This document shows, in pieces, positions 9,959 to 18,577 of a stretch of DNA of 33,798 bases (position 1 is the first letter of the stretch; the number at the start of each line of letters is the position of its first letter). The position numbers and the translations under genes are program-made. The DNA is from Clostridia bacterium (GTDB taxonomy: Bacteria; CBDUZB01; JAGLHV01). The stretch spans positions 62,001-95,798 of the forward strand of contig DAOVVV010000002.1 in the NCBI GenBank assembly GCA_030637025.1, in the 5' to 3' direction. The notes beneath the pieces were generated by a model. It did no database searches, was not told the origin of the DNA, and saw only the letters and a program-made list of their open reading frames with translations.

Positions 9959-10122
9959 AATAAAGGTAAAATGTGTTTTGAACGATATAGCAAATTTTAG
10001 CAAAAATTAGCGTTAAAAAAATAAGCCTGTCTGAGCAAAGCGAGTTGCTTATTTTTAGCTTATTTTTGCGTGCCCGAAGGGTAAAATTATGCGTTTAGAG
10101 AAAAACATATTTTGCCTTTATT
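9959..10122 (+). repeat. Family A structured intergenic repeat, copy 2 (best-paired copy)
   Basis: 21-bp terminal stem AATAAAGGTAAAATGTGTTTT / AAAACATATTTTGCCTTTATT, plus nested stems 10000-10011/10058-10069 and 10017-10026/10047-10056 and side hairpin 10071-10083. Confidence 0.88.
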
Positions 10123-10202
10123 CCCCCCCCTTTTTAACCTTTAGAATCAAGGTAAAATTAACAAATTGAATTTATGGAAAATTGTAAAGTACTAATAAAA
10201 TT

Positions 10203-10979
10203 TTAAAATAAATATTCGTAAGAAATCATCGAAATCGCTACTATTCCCGCTGTCTCCGCACGTAAAATCCGTTTTCCCAACCCCACCGAAATCACATTTG
10301 CTGCTTGTGCTTTTTTTATTTCTGATTCACTAAACCCGCCTTCCGGGCCAATAAACACATGAACTTCCGGTATCCGGTTAAGACCGGACAAAACTTGCTT
10401 TTTATAATTTATCAACACGCTCTTTAAATTATTTATTTCTTCTTCCCAGAAAATAAGTGACAAACCTGATCTCTTTTCCATTAATACATCAGAAAACACA
10501 GAGGGATTTTTTATTTGAGGGATTTTTCTTCCTAAGGATTGCTTAATTGCCTGGAGCGCAATCTTCTGCCAACGAACTACTTTTTTCTCAAAAACATTTT
10601 TATTATATTTAATAACACATCTTTCGGAAAAAAAAGGAACAATGGAGTGAACCCCAATTTCCGTACATTTTCGAATAATAAAATCCATATTGTTACTTTT
10701 AATTAAACCCTGATACAAAATTATCTTTATATTTTCTTTTTCATACTGTTTTTGGGTAATTATTTCCCCTTCTAAAGATAATATTTTTTTTTCTCCCTTT
10801 AATTCAATTTTATTTATCGAATTAATTTTTATTTTATATCTATTTCCGTTTTTATCAAAAACATCTATCAAATCTCCCTCTTTTTTTCGTAAGACTTTAA
10901 CAATATGCAAAGCTTCATCACCAAATATTGTTATTTTATTATTCTTAATCCATTCAGGTAAAATAAAAAATTGCGGCAT
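10203..10979 (-). CDS. rsmE: 16S rRNA m3U1498 methyltransferase
   Basis: HIVKVLR, KCTEIGV, FIGPEGGFS, LGKRILRAETA SPOUT motifs. Confidence 0.95.
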   Translation of the reverse strand: MPQFFILPEWIKNNKITIFGDEALHIVKVLRKKEGDLIDVFDKNGNRYKIKINSINKIELKGEKKILSLEGEIITQKQYEKENIKIILYQGLIKSNNMDFIIRKCTEIGVHSIVPFFSERCVIKYNKNVFEKKVVRWQKIALQAIKQSLGRKIPQIKNPSVFSDVLMEKRSGLSLIFWEEEINNLKSVLINYKKQVLSGLNRIPEVHVFIGPEGGFSESEIKKAQAANVISVGLGKRILRAETAGIVAISMISYEYLF

Positions 10980-10988
10980 ATTTTTTTA

Positions 10989-12125
10989 TTATTTATCCTT
11001 TTTAAACCACTTCCCAAACAAATTTTCTTTACTTTCTGAAATATTATCAGAAGAAATCCTGGCATATTCGTTTAACAATTCTCTTTGTCTGGAAGTTAAT
11101 TTATCAGGAACCTTTATTATTATTTTTACATACTCATTCCCTCTACCACGATGACGAAGTGAAGGCATACCTTTTTCTCGCAATCTAAATACTTTTCCCC
11201 CGATCGTAGCAGGAGGAATTTTCATTTTTACTTTACTACCATCTAATGTAGGAACTTCTATTTCCCCACCCAAGGCCACCACTGGAAAGCTAACAAATAC
11301 CTGAGTATAAAGGTCATCACCCTCTCGGGCAAAAAGCGGATGACTCTTTAAATCTATTATTACGTAAAGATCACCGCTTACCCCTCCTAACTCCCCGGCC
11401 TCACCTTTACCCTTAATCCTTATACTTATTCCCTTATCTACTCCGGGGGGTACCTTAAAAGAAATAGAAGAACTTTCCTTGATCTTACCTCTTCCTTTGC
11501 AGCGATGACAGGGATTTTCGATAATCTCTCCCTTCCCTCCACAACGATCGCAAGTTTGCAGAAAGGAAAAAAATCCACGGTTATATCCTACTTGCCCCTT
11601 TCCAGCACATTGAGGACATTTTTTTCTGCGCGAATTAGCTTCGGCCCCGCTTCCTTTACATACAGAACAAGTTACCGTATGATAAATATTAATTTTCTTT
11701 TCACAACCCTGTTCCGCTTCTTCCAAAGTAATAGGTAAAACATATTCCAGATCTACCCCTCGGGAATATCTCCTCTGCTTTTTTGTCCCACCCATACCAA
11801 AAAAATCTCCAAAAATACCGCCTAAATCTACATCCCCAAAAACACTACTAAAATCAGCAGAACGGAAAATATCTTCTGAACTGTATCTTCCGTCAATTCC
11901 CGCATGACCAAACTGATTATATTGATTTCTTTTATTAGTATCGGAAAGAACTGCATAAGCTTCCGAAATTTCCTTGAATTTCTCCCCGGATTCTTTCTTT
12001 TTTTCCGGGGCAACACGGTCAGGATGATACTGTAAAGCTAAAGAGCGATAAGCTTTTTTTATTTCTGCAGAAGAAGAGTCTCTTCCTACTCCCAAGATTT
12101 CATAATAATCCTTTTTAATAGTCAA
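10989..12125 (-). CDS. dnaJ: Chaperone DnaJ
   Basis: J domain with HPD, G/F region, four CxxCxGxG repeats. Confidence 0.97.
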   Translation of the reverse strand: MTIKKDYYEILGVGRDSSSAEIKKAYRSLALQYHPDRVAPEKKKESGEKFKEISEAYAVLSDTNKRNQYNQFGHAGIDGRYSSEDIFRSADFSSVFGDVDLGGIFGDFFGMGGTKKQRRYSRGVDLEYVLPITLEEAEQGCEKKINIYHTVTCSVCKGSGAEANSRRKKCPQCAGKGQVGYNRGFFSFLQTCDRCGGKGEIIENPCHRCKGRGKIKESSSISFKVPPGVDKGISIRIKGKGEAGELGGVSGDLYVIIDLKSHPLFAREGDDLYTQVFVSFPVVALGGEIEVPTLDGSKVKMKIPPATIGGKVFRLREKGMPSLRHRGRGNEYVKIIIKVPDKLTSRQRELLNEYARISSDNISESKENLFGKWFKKDK

Positions 12126-12226
12126 TTTTTTTAACTCCTCTTATAAATTAAAATTTCCAAGCCTTTCACCCAATCAACTATCCAATCAGCCTGAAAACCG
12201 AATAAACACACAAATTTAAAGAATTT

Positions 12227-12267
12227 AAGAGCATTAACATATCAATAGTTGATATACTAATGCTCTT
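12227..12267 (-). terminator. 19-bp hairpin in dnaK-dnaJ spacer (mRNA stabiliser/attenuator candidate)
   Basis: Minus strand AAGAGCATTAGTATATCAA-CTA-TTGATATGTTAATGCTCTT; fully paired on the mRNA strand using tandem G.U pairs. Confidence 0.55.
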
Positions 12268-12325
12268 GTTAACTCTTAAATTTCGTAAATCTTTAGTTTT
12301 TTTTTCATCATCTTTAATTATTATT

Positions 12326-14215
12326 TTATTTTTTTTCTTCTTTATACTCAGCATCCACCACATCTTCTCTTTTCTTTTCCTCAGCTTCTTTATTTTCTGT
12401 CGGTTCTTGTGCCTGCTGTGCTTGAGAAAACCCTTCCCCCGGAGGTGGTGCTTGTTGTTGTTTTGCCTGAGCTTCTTTATATATAGCTTCTGATAATTTA
12501 TAAGAAGCATTTTGCAGGGATTCTTTATCTTTTTTAATTTTTTCCAAATCACTTCCTTTTAAAGATTCCTTTGTTTCTTTTAAAGCTTCTTCAATTTTTG
12601 CTTTCTCTTCCTGATTAATTTTATCCTGATGCTCTTTTAGTGATTTTTCCGTAGAATAAACTAAATTATCTGTTTCATTGCGCAATTCAATTTCTTCTTT
12701 CTTTTTTTTATCCTCTTCCTTAAACCTTTCTGCATCCTTCACCATTTTATCTATTTCTTCATCGGAAAGTTTTGTAGGAGAACTAATCTTTATACTCTGT
12801 TGTTTTCCTGTTCCTTTATCTTTTGCTGAGACATGAAGAATACCGTTTTCATCAATGTTAAAAGCTACTTCTATCTGCGGAACGCCCCGTGGAGCCGGAG
12901 GAATTCCTAGCAGATCAAAACGTCCAAGCTCGGTATTATCCGCTGACATAGACCGTTCACCCTGCAAAACACGAATATCTACTGCCGGTTGATTATCCGC
13001 AGCAGTAGAAAATATCTGACTTTTTCCAGTAGGAATAGTAGTGTTACGATCAATTAATTTGGTAAAAACCCCTCCCAATGTTTCTATTCCCAGAGAAACA
13101 GGAGTTACATCAAGCAAAAGAACATCTTTTATATCCCCGGTAATTACCCCTCCTTGAATCGCGGCTCCCATAGCTACACATTCCATAGGATCCACTCCTC
13201 TTTCCATTTTTTTCCCTACAATATTTTCCACAAATTTTTGAATACAGGGCATCCTGGTAGGACCGCCTACAAGTATAACTCTATCAATATCCGAGGCACT
13301 AAACTTCCCATCAGCTAAAGCCTGTTCTATTGGATGACGACAACGATCAATTGTCGGAGACACCAACTCTTCCAATTTTGCTCTGGTCAAAGTCAATACT
13401 AAATGTTTGGGTCCTGTCTGATCAGCAGTGATGTAAGGAAGATTTATATCGGTATTTATAGTACTGGAAAGTTCTATTTTAGCTTTCTCCGCAGACTCTT
13501 TCACCCTTTGCATAGCCATTTCATCATTTTTTAAATTTATCCCGGTATCTCTTTTAAATTCACTAACTATATAATCCACCAAAATGGCATCCATATCCGT
13601 CCCCCCCAGTTGAGTATCCCCTGAAGTGGATTTTACTTCAAAAACACTACCTGCCATTTCCATAATTGTAACATCCAATGTACCTCCACCCAGGTCAAAA
13701 ACCATGATTTTCTGTTCTTTATCCGACTTATCCAAGCCATAGGCAAGCGCAGCTGCAGTGGGTTCATTAATAATACGAACAACCTCTAATCCTGCAATTG
13801 TTCCGGCATCTTTGGTTGCCTGCCTTTGATTATCATTAAAATAAGCAGGCACAGTAATTACCGCCTTTTTAACCTCTTCCCCTAAAAAAGCTTCGGCATC
13901 CTGCTTTATTTTTTGCAAAATGAAAGCAGAAATTTGCTGAGGAGTATATTCTTTCCCATGAATTTTATATTTATGACCCGTTCCCATCTTCCTTTTTGCA
14001 GCAACTATAGTCCCTGCAGCATTAACCACTGCCTGTCTTCGAGCCGGCTCTCCTACTAATTTTTGACCGTCTTTAGTAAAAGCCACATAAGAAGGAAAGG
14101 CCTTTCCCCCTAAACTGGTTCCTTCCGCGGAAGGAATAATCGTAGGCTTTCCTCCCTCCAATGTTGCCGCTGCAGAATTACTTGTTCCTAAATCAATACC
14201 AATAATTTTAGACAT
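12326..14215 (-). CDS. dnaK: Chaperone DnaK (Hsp70)
   Basis: [51 protein letters not shown]. Confidence 0.98.
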   Translation of the reverse strand: MSKIIGIDLGTSNSAAATLEGGKPTIIPSAEGTSLGGKAFPSYVAFTKDGQKLVGEPARRQAVVNAAGTIVAAKRKMGTGHKYKIHGKEYTPQQISAFILQKIKQDAEAFLGEEVKKAVITVPAYFNDNQRQATKDAGTIAGLEVVRIINEPTAAALAYGLDKSDKEQKIMVFDLGGGTLDVTIMEMAGSVFEVKSTSGDTQLGGTDMDAILVDYIVSEFKRDTGINLKNDEMAMQRVKESAEKAKIELSSTINTDINLPYITADQTGPKHLVLTLTRAKLEELVSPTIDRCRHPIEQALADGKFSASDIDRVILVGGPTRMPCIQKFVENIVGKKMERGVDPMECVAMGAAIQGGVITGDIKDVLLLDVTPVSLGIETLGGVFTKLIDRNTTIPTGKSQIFSTAADNQPAVDIRVLQGERSMSADNTELGRFDLLGIPPAPRGVPQIEVAFNIDENGILHVSAKDKGTGKQQSIKISSPTKLSDEEIDKMVKDAERFKEEDKKKKEEIELRNETDNLVYSTEKSLKEHQDKINQEEKAKIEEALKETKESLKGSDLEKIKKDKESLQNASYKLSEAIYKEAQAKQQQAPPPGEGFSQAQQAQEPTENKEAEEKKREDVVDAEYKEEKK

Positions 14216-14249
14216 ATCTTTTGCCCTCCTTTTTTATTAAATTGTTTTT

Positions 14250-14837
14250 TTAATTATTAGATGTTTGTTCCTGCATATTAGATTCATTTTTTTTTGTTTT
14301 TTTTGAAACTTTCACCATTGCCGGACGAATAACTTTATCCTTCAGCAAATACCCCTTCTGTAATTCCTCTAATATTTTATTATCTTCGCATTCATCCGTT
14401 TCCACATTCATTACCGCATGATGTAAATTAGGGTCGAATATTTTACCAATTACTTCCTGTTTTTTTAATCCCTCTTTTTTTAAAACAGCAAACAAATTAT
14501 TATAAATCAATTTTAAGCCGGCAATAGCATGTTTTATTTTTTTATCTTCTTCCATTACCGCCTGCGCTTTTTCAATGTCCTCCAGAATAGGAATCAACTG
14601 CAAGACTATATCATTATTCCCAAATTTAATTAATTCCATTTTATCTTTTTCCATTCTTTTTCTATAATTATCGAATTCTGCTTTCAGACATAATAATTGA
14701 CTGTAATATTTTCCGGCTAACTCCTTTTTTTCCTCTAAAGATTGTCTTAAAATTTCTAATTCGCTTAATTTTTCTTCTACAATTACTTTCTCTCTTTCTT
14801 CCATCTCCTCTTGTTTTTCATTCAACTTTTCACCCAT
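14250..14837 (-). CDS. grpE: Nucleotide exchange factor GrpE
   Basis: AEFDNYRKR, FDPNLHHAV, QKGY.L.DKVIRPAMVKV. Confidence 0.96.
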   Translation of the reverse strand: MGEKLNEKQEEMEEREKVIVEEKLSELEILRQSLEEKKELAGKYYSQLLCLKAEFDNYRKRMEKDKMELIKFGNNDIVLQLIPILEDIEKAQAVMEEDKKIKHAIAGLKLIYNNLFAVLKKEGLKKQEVIGKIFDPNLHHAVMNVETDECEDNKILEELQKGYLLKDKVIRPAMVKVSKKTKKNESNMQEQTSNN

Positions 14838-15875
14838 TTATTCTTCCTCCCCTTGCTCCAATAATTTATTAGCCATCCTGGATATATAATCCACCTCTGC
14901 AATTATTCGGGAGTATTCCATCCTTTTTGGCCCGACTATTCCCAATAACCCTATCGGATAATCACCTGTTTTATAAACAGCACTTACTATGCTCCAATCA
15001 TTCATCTGAGGATAGGAATTCTCATTACCAATAAATACTTTTACATTTTCTTTTTTATCAAATTTTTCTTCCAAAAGATAAGAAAGCATTTTCCTTTCTT
15101 GCAAAATATTAAAAACTGATTCTACCCTTTGATGATTATTAGTAAAACTTAAAATGTTAGAAATCCCTTCTAAATAAAGTTCTTCTTTAATTTTAAAAAT
15201 TTGTTCGTTTAATTCTTTACCCAATTCTAAAAATTCTTTATAAGCTATTTTTTCTTTTTTTATTTTATCCAAAATTTTATTTCTGACTTCTTTCACCGTA
15301 AAACCAACCATTTCATCATTTAAAATATTACACATTCTCTTTAGGTTTTTAATAGTAATAGTCGAACGTAAACAAATCACTTTATGTTTAATCAAACCTG
15401 CCTGAGTAATAAATACTGCCAAAATTTTTTTATTACTCAGATGAATAAGCTTCAAATGTTTAAAAATAACCTTTTCTTGTGAAACAGAAAAAACAAACCC
15501 GGTATAATGAGAAACAAGGGAAAGAAGGTGTGAAAGCTGCCACAGCATTTCTTTTAATTCATAGTTGTTTATTTTATACCTCGCAGCTAATAGCATTTCT
15601 TCTTTTACAGTTAATTGGTTATTTTCTTCTAAGCTATCTACATAAAAACGATATCCTTTATCCGTAGGTAATCTACCTGCCGAGGTATACGGGTGAGTTA
15701 AATATCCTTCTTTTTCTAAATCCGCTAATATGTTCCGTACAGTCGCAGAAGAAATTTTTAAACCATAATTTTTACAAATAACATTAGACCCTATCGGCCG
15801 TGCCGTTTGAATATAATTATGAACAACAAGATGAAGAATTCTTTTTTTCCTTTTATTAATTAGGCTTGAAAACAT
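14838..15875 (-). CDS. hrcA: Heat-inducible transcription repressor HrcA
   Basis: YIQTARPIGS, SSATVRN..ADLE..GYL.HPYTSAGRLPTDKGYRFYVD, GIVGPKRMEY; CIRCE upstream. Confidence 0.96.
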   Translation of the reverse strand: MFSSLINKRKKRILHLVVHNYIQTARPIGSNVICKNYGLKISSATVRNILADLEKEGYLTHPYTSAGRLPTDKGYRFYVDSLEENNQLTVKEEMLLAARYKINNYELKEMLWQLSHLLSLVSHYTGFVFSVSQEKVIFKHLKLIHLSNKKILAVFITQAGLIKHKVICLRSTITIKNLKRMCNILNDEMVGFTVKEVRNKILDKIKKEKIAYKEFLELGKELNEQIFKIKEELYLEGISNILSFTNNHQRVESVFNILQERKMLSYLLEEKFDKKENVKVFIGNENSYPQMNDWSIVSAVYKTGDYPIGLLGIVGPKRMEYSRIIAEVDYISRMANKLLEQGEEE

Positions 15876-15917
15876 TTTTCACCTGTAATATAGACCTTTT
15901 TTATAAAATTTTCATCA

Positions 15918-15944
15918 TTAGCACTCTCTCCGCTTGAGTGCTAA
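15918..15944. promoter_or_regulatory. CIRCE operator (HrcA binding site)
   Basis: Exact consensus TTAGCACTC-N9-GAGTGCTAA, 42 nt upstream of hrcA. Confidence 0.97.
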
Positions 15945-15971
15945 TATACCATACAGAAAAATATTTGTCAA
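15943..15971 (-). promoter_or_regulatory. sigma70 promoter of the hrcA-dnaK operon
   Basis: Minus strand TTGACA (15971-15966), 17 nt spacer ending TGG, TATATT (15948-15943); the -10 overlaps CIRCE by 2 nt. Confidence 0.85.
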
Positions 15972-16024
15972 GGGTACTCTCTGTTTTTTTGTAATGTCAA
16001 AAAAAAAATACTTACCCCACAACC

Positions 16025-17146
16025 TTACAGGAATTCTATAAATACCTGATTAGCCAAAAGCAACCCCTTATAGGTAAGCCTTATATTTTTTTCATTTCTT
16101 TCCAACAAACCTTTAAGAATTAGTTCTTCTATTGGCCCTGTAAATTTTTTTTCTATTTGTTTATCAACTTTTATTCCTTTTCGCATTCTTAAACCCAGGA
16201 TTATTTTTTCTGCTATAGCTTTTTCCCCTGTAAGTTTTTCTTTTACCATACAAAGTTTATCGGTATTTACTTTACGAATATATTCATCTATATCCCCAAC
16301 ATTGGTTAATCTTGTTCCACCTAAAAAACTAACCGCTCCTGCTCCCACTCCTAAATATTGCTTATTTTCCCAGTAAAGCTGATTATGTTTTGAACTTTTG
16401 TGCGGAAAAGCAAAATTAGAAATTTCATAATGTTGGTAACCATTTTCTGTTAATATTTTTATTGCATACTCATACATATCCGCTTCAATATCTTCATTAC
16501 AGGGTTTTATTCTACCAGATTTCAAATCAGCATACATTCTTGTACCCTGCTCAATACTTAAAGAATACAAAGAAATATGCTCCGGTTTTATATTTATTAT
16601 TTTTTTTAAGGTTTTCTCCCAATCGCTCATTTTTTGACCGGGTAAAGCAAAAATCAAATCTACGTTTATATTATCAAAACCAATCTCTCTGGCTAAATAA
16701 AAATTATCCAGAAACTGTTTTCCGGTATGAATTCTTCCTATCCTTTTAAGCAACCGGTCATCAAGAGACTGTAAACCAATACTTAAACGATTTACGCCTC
16801 CCTCTTTAAGTGATTTGAGTTTTTGTTTATTAAGTGTACCCGGATTTGCTTCAACGGTAATTTCTATTTTTTTTTTAAATAAAAAATTATTTGAAAAAAA
16901 CTTAAATAGATTTTCCAGTTGAAAGGAAGAAAGGATAGTAGGTGTTCCCCCTCCTATATATATACTCCCAAGCACCTCTCCCCGATATTTACCCAGTTCC
17001 TTTTTAACTGCTTTTAAATACTCTTTAACTTTTTCGTCTTTATTACTTTTTTGACCTGAGTCCCCGGAAAAAAGGACTGTTGTTTTAAAACTACAATAGA
17101 AACACTTTTTCAAACAAAAAGGAATATGAACATATAAACCATACAT
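16025..17146 (-). CDS. hemW: Radical SAM heme chaperone HemW (HemN-like)
   Basis: LYVHIPFCLKKCFYCSF, YIGGGTP, EANP, YEISNFA, HNQLYW; lepA-hemW-hrcA context. Confidence 0.92.
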   Translation of the reverse strand: MYGLYVHIPFCLKKCFYCSFKTTVLFSGDSGQKSNKDEKVKEYLKAVKKELGKYRGEVLGSIYIGGGTPTILSSFQLENLFKFFSNNFLFKKKIEITVEANPGTLNKQKLKSLKEGGVNRLSIGLQSLDDRLLKRIGRIHTGKQFLDNFYLAREIGFDNINVDLIFALPGQKMSDWEKTLKKIINIKPEHISLYSLSIEQGTRMYADLKSGRIKPCNEDIEADMYEYAIKILTENGYQHYEISNFAFPHKSSKHNQLYWENKQYLGVGAGAVSFLGGTRLTNVGDIDEYIRKVNTDKLCMVKEKLTGEKAIAEKIILGLRMRKGIKVDKQIEKKFTGPIEELILKGLLERNEKNIRLTYKGLLLANQVFIEFL

Positions 17147-17200
17147 ATATTTTTGGTTCTCTCATAAATAATGTAGAATAATGTAAAAATAAATACAACA

Positions 17201-17374
17201 ACAGTCCATAGTCCACAGTCCATAGACACAAAGAAGAAAAAGACTAAAGACAATTACAAACTAAGAAATTCTAGATTCTAAATACTAAATCCGCCTTATC
17301 TCCTCCACGGGCGGATAAGTGTCTGAGGCGGAGAGAATCCACCTTAAAAACTGGCGGACAGACAAGTAAATCCA
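17201..17374. repeat. Heptamer tandem repeats interrupted by nested TCCGCC/GGCGGA palindromes
   Basis: ACAGTCC-ATAGTCC-ACAGTCC-ATAGACA (17201-17228); AAATTCT-AGATTCT-AAATACT-AAATCCG (17266-17293); GGCGGA at 17310, 17327 and 17353; AAATCCA resumes at 17368. Confidence 0.7.
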
Positions 17375-17391
17375 ACACAAAAAAATATAAA

Positions 17392-17568
17392 AATAAAGGT
17401 AAAATATATTTTTCCCGATATAGCAAATTTCAGGGAAAATATGCATTCAAACATATGGAGTGAATCTCCCGTGATAATACAGACATTGACCACTTCAAAA
17501 AAAATTTATTTTTGTGTGCCCATAGGAGACAATTGCGCGTTTAGAAATAAACATATTTCGCCTTTATT
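17392..17568 (+). repeat. Family A structured intergenic repeat, copy 3 (divergent centre)
   Basis: AATAAAGGTAAAATATATTTT...CGATATAGCAAATTT...TTATTTTTGTGTGCCCATAGG...GCGTTTAGA...AAACATATTTCGCCTTTATT matches both arms of copy 2. Confidence 0.82.
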
Positions 17569-17682
17569 AAACAACCTTATTTACAAAAAAAAACATATAT
17601 TCAAACGATAATCACACGTAAACAATAATAAGTTATATTTATTATTTTTATAATCATAAGTCGTATGATTTCTCCATAAAAA

Positions 17683-18381
17683 CTATTTAATTAATTTTAT
17701 TCTTTTTAACGGCCAATACAAAAACAATGCTTTACCTCTAATATATTTATCGCCTAAAGGCCCCCAGAACCGGCTATCAAAACTGGAATCCCGATTATCT
17801 CCCATCATAAAATAATATCCTTCCGGAATAACTATTGGACCGAAATTATCCCTTGCCCTGCAATTTTTTGATAAAAAATGACTATCCTTAGCATAAACAT
17901 GCGAATCCATATAGATAACATAAGGTTCTTCTATAGGTTTATCATTAACAAAAACTTTTTTATCATTAATCTCTATTTTATCACCGGGTAAACCAATACA
18001 CCTTTTTATAAAATCTTTTTTTGGTTCTGTCGGAGATTTAAAAACAATGATATCTCCCCTCTCAGGTTTTTTCATTTTCCAGATTACTTTATCGGTAAAA
18101 GGAATGCGTGTACCATAAATAAATTTAGTAACAAAAAGATGATCCCCTTCTATAAGAGTATTGCGCATAGAACCGGAAGGAATCTCAAATGCCTGAAGAA
18201 TAAAGGTCATAATAAAAAAAGATAGAATAAGAGCAACTATACCCGTATCAACCCATTCTAACCCTTCATTCAGGACTTTAATTGCTATTTTACCCCTAAA
18301 TTTCTTTCTCATCCATCTTAAAACCAAACTAGCCAATACCAGACAAATACCTATCCAAAACACTTTTTGCTGCATTTTCAC
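17683..18381 (-). CDS. lepB: Signal peptidase I
   Basis: IPSGSM (Ser), DFIKRC (Lys), MGDNRDSSFDSRFWG; follows lepA. True start may be ATG at 18375. Confidence 0.95.
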   Translation of the reverse strand: MKMQQKVFWIGICLVLASLVLRWMRKKFRGKIAIKVLNEGLEWVDTGIVALILSFFIMTFILQAFEIPSGSMRNTLIEGDHLFVTKFIYGTRIPFTDKVIWKMKKPERGDIIVFKSPTEPKKDFIKRCIGLPGDKIEINDKKVFVNDKPIEEPYVIYMDSHVYAKDSHFLSKNCRARDNFGPIVIPEGYYFMMGDNRDSSFDSRFWGPLGDKYIRGKALFLYWPLKRIKLIK

Positions 18382-18427
18382 TCCTCTCTAACAATAATAT
18401 TTATATTTTTTAAAGCAGAAACAATTT

Positions 18428-18577
18428 AAATCAACTACCCCGAAGCAAGCTACAGAATATCGAAGGTTTATCCTACATAACTTTTGCGCAACAAACTGAG
18501 GGGAATTAAACCCGAAACTATTCGACTACAGAGTTTTTATCAGCATAGCTGAAAAACTCTAAGTCCCATTAAATTAA
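18428..18577 (+). repeat. Family B modular palindromic (REP-like) element, site 1
   Basis: AAATCAACTACCCCG...GGGGAATTAAACCCGAA...CGACTACAGAGTTTTTATCAGCATAGCTGAAAAACTCTAAGT; matches the reverse complement of 30324-30507 and 33535-33630. Confidence 0.85.

Noticed and set aside
12178-12552. 124-aa ORF overlapping the dnaK 3' end (possible frameshift product)
   Set aside because: Lys-rich alternative-frame shadow of the complete dnaK C-terminus; no motif
15995-16000. Second TTGACA upstream of hrcA
   Set aside because: No -10 hexamer at a suitable spacing
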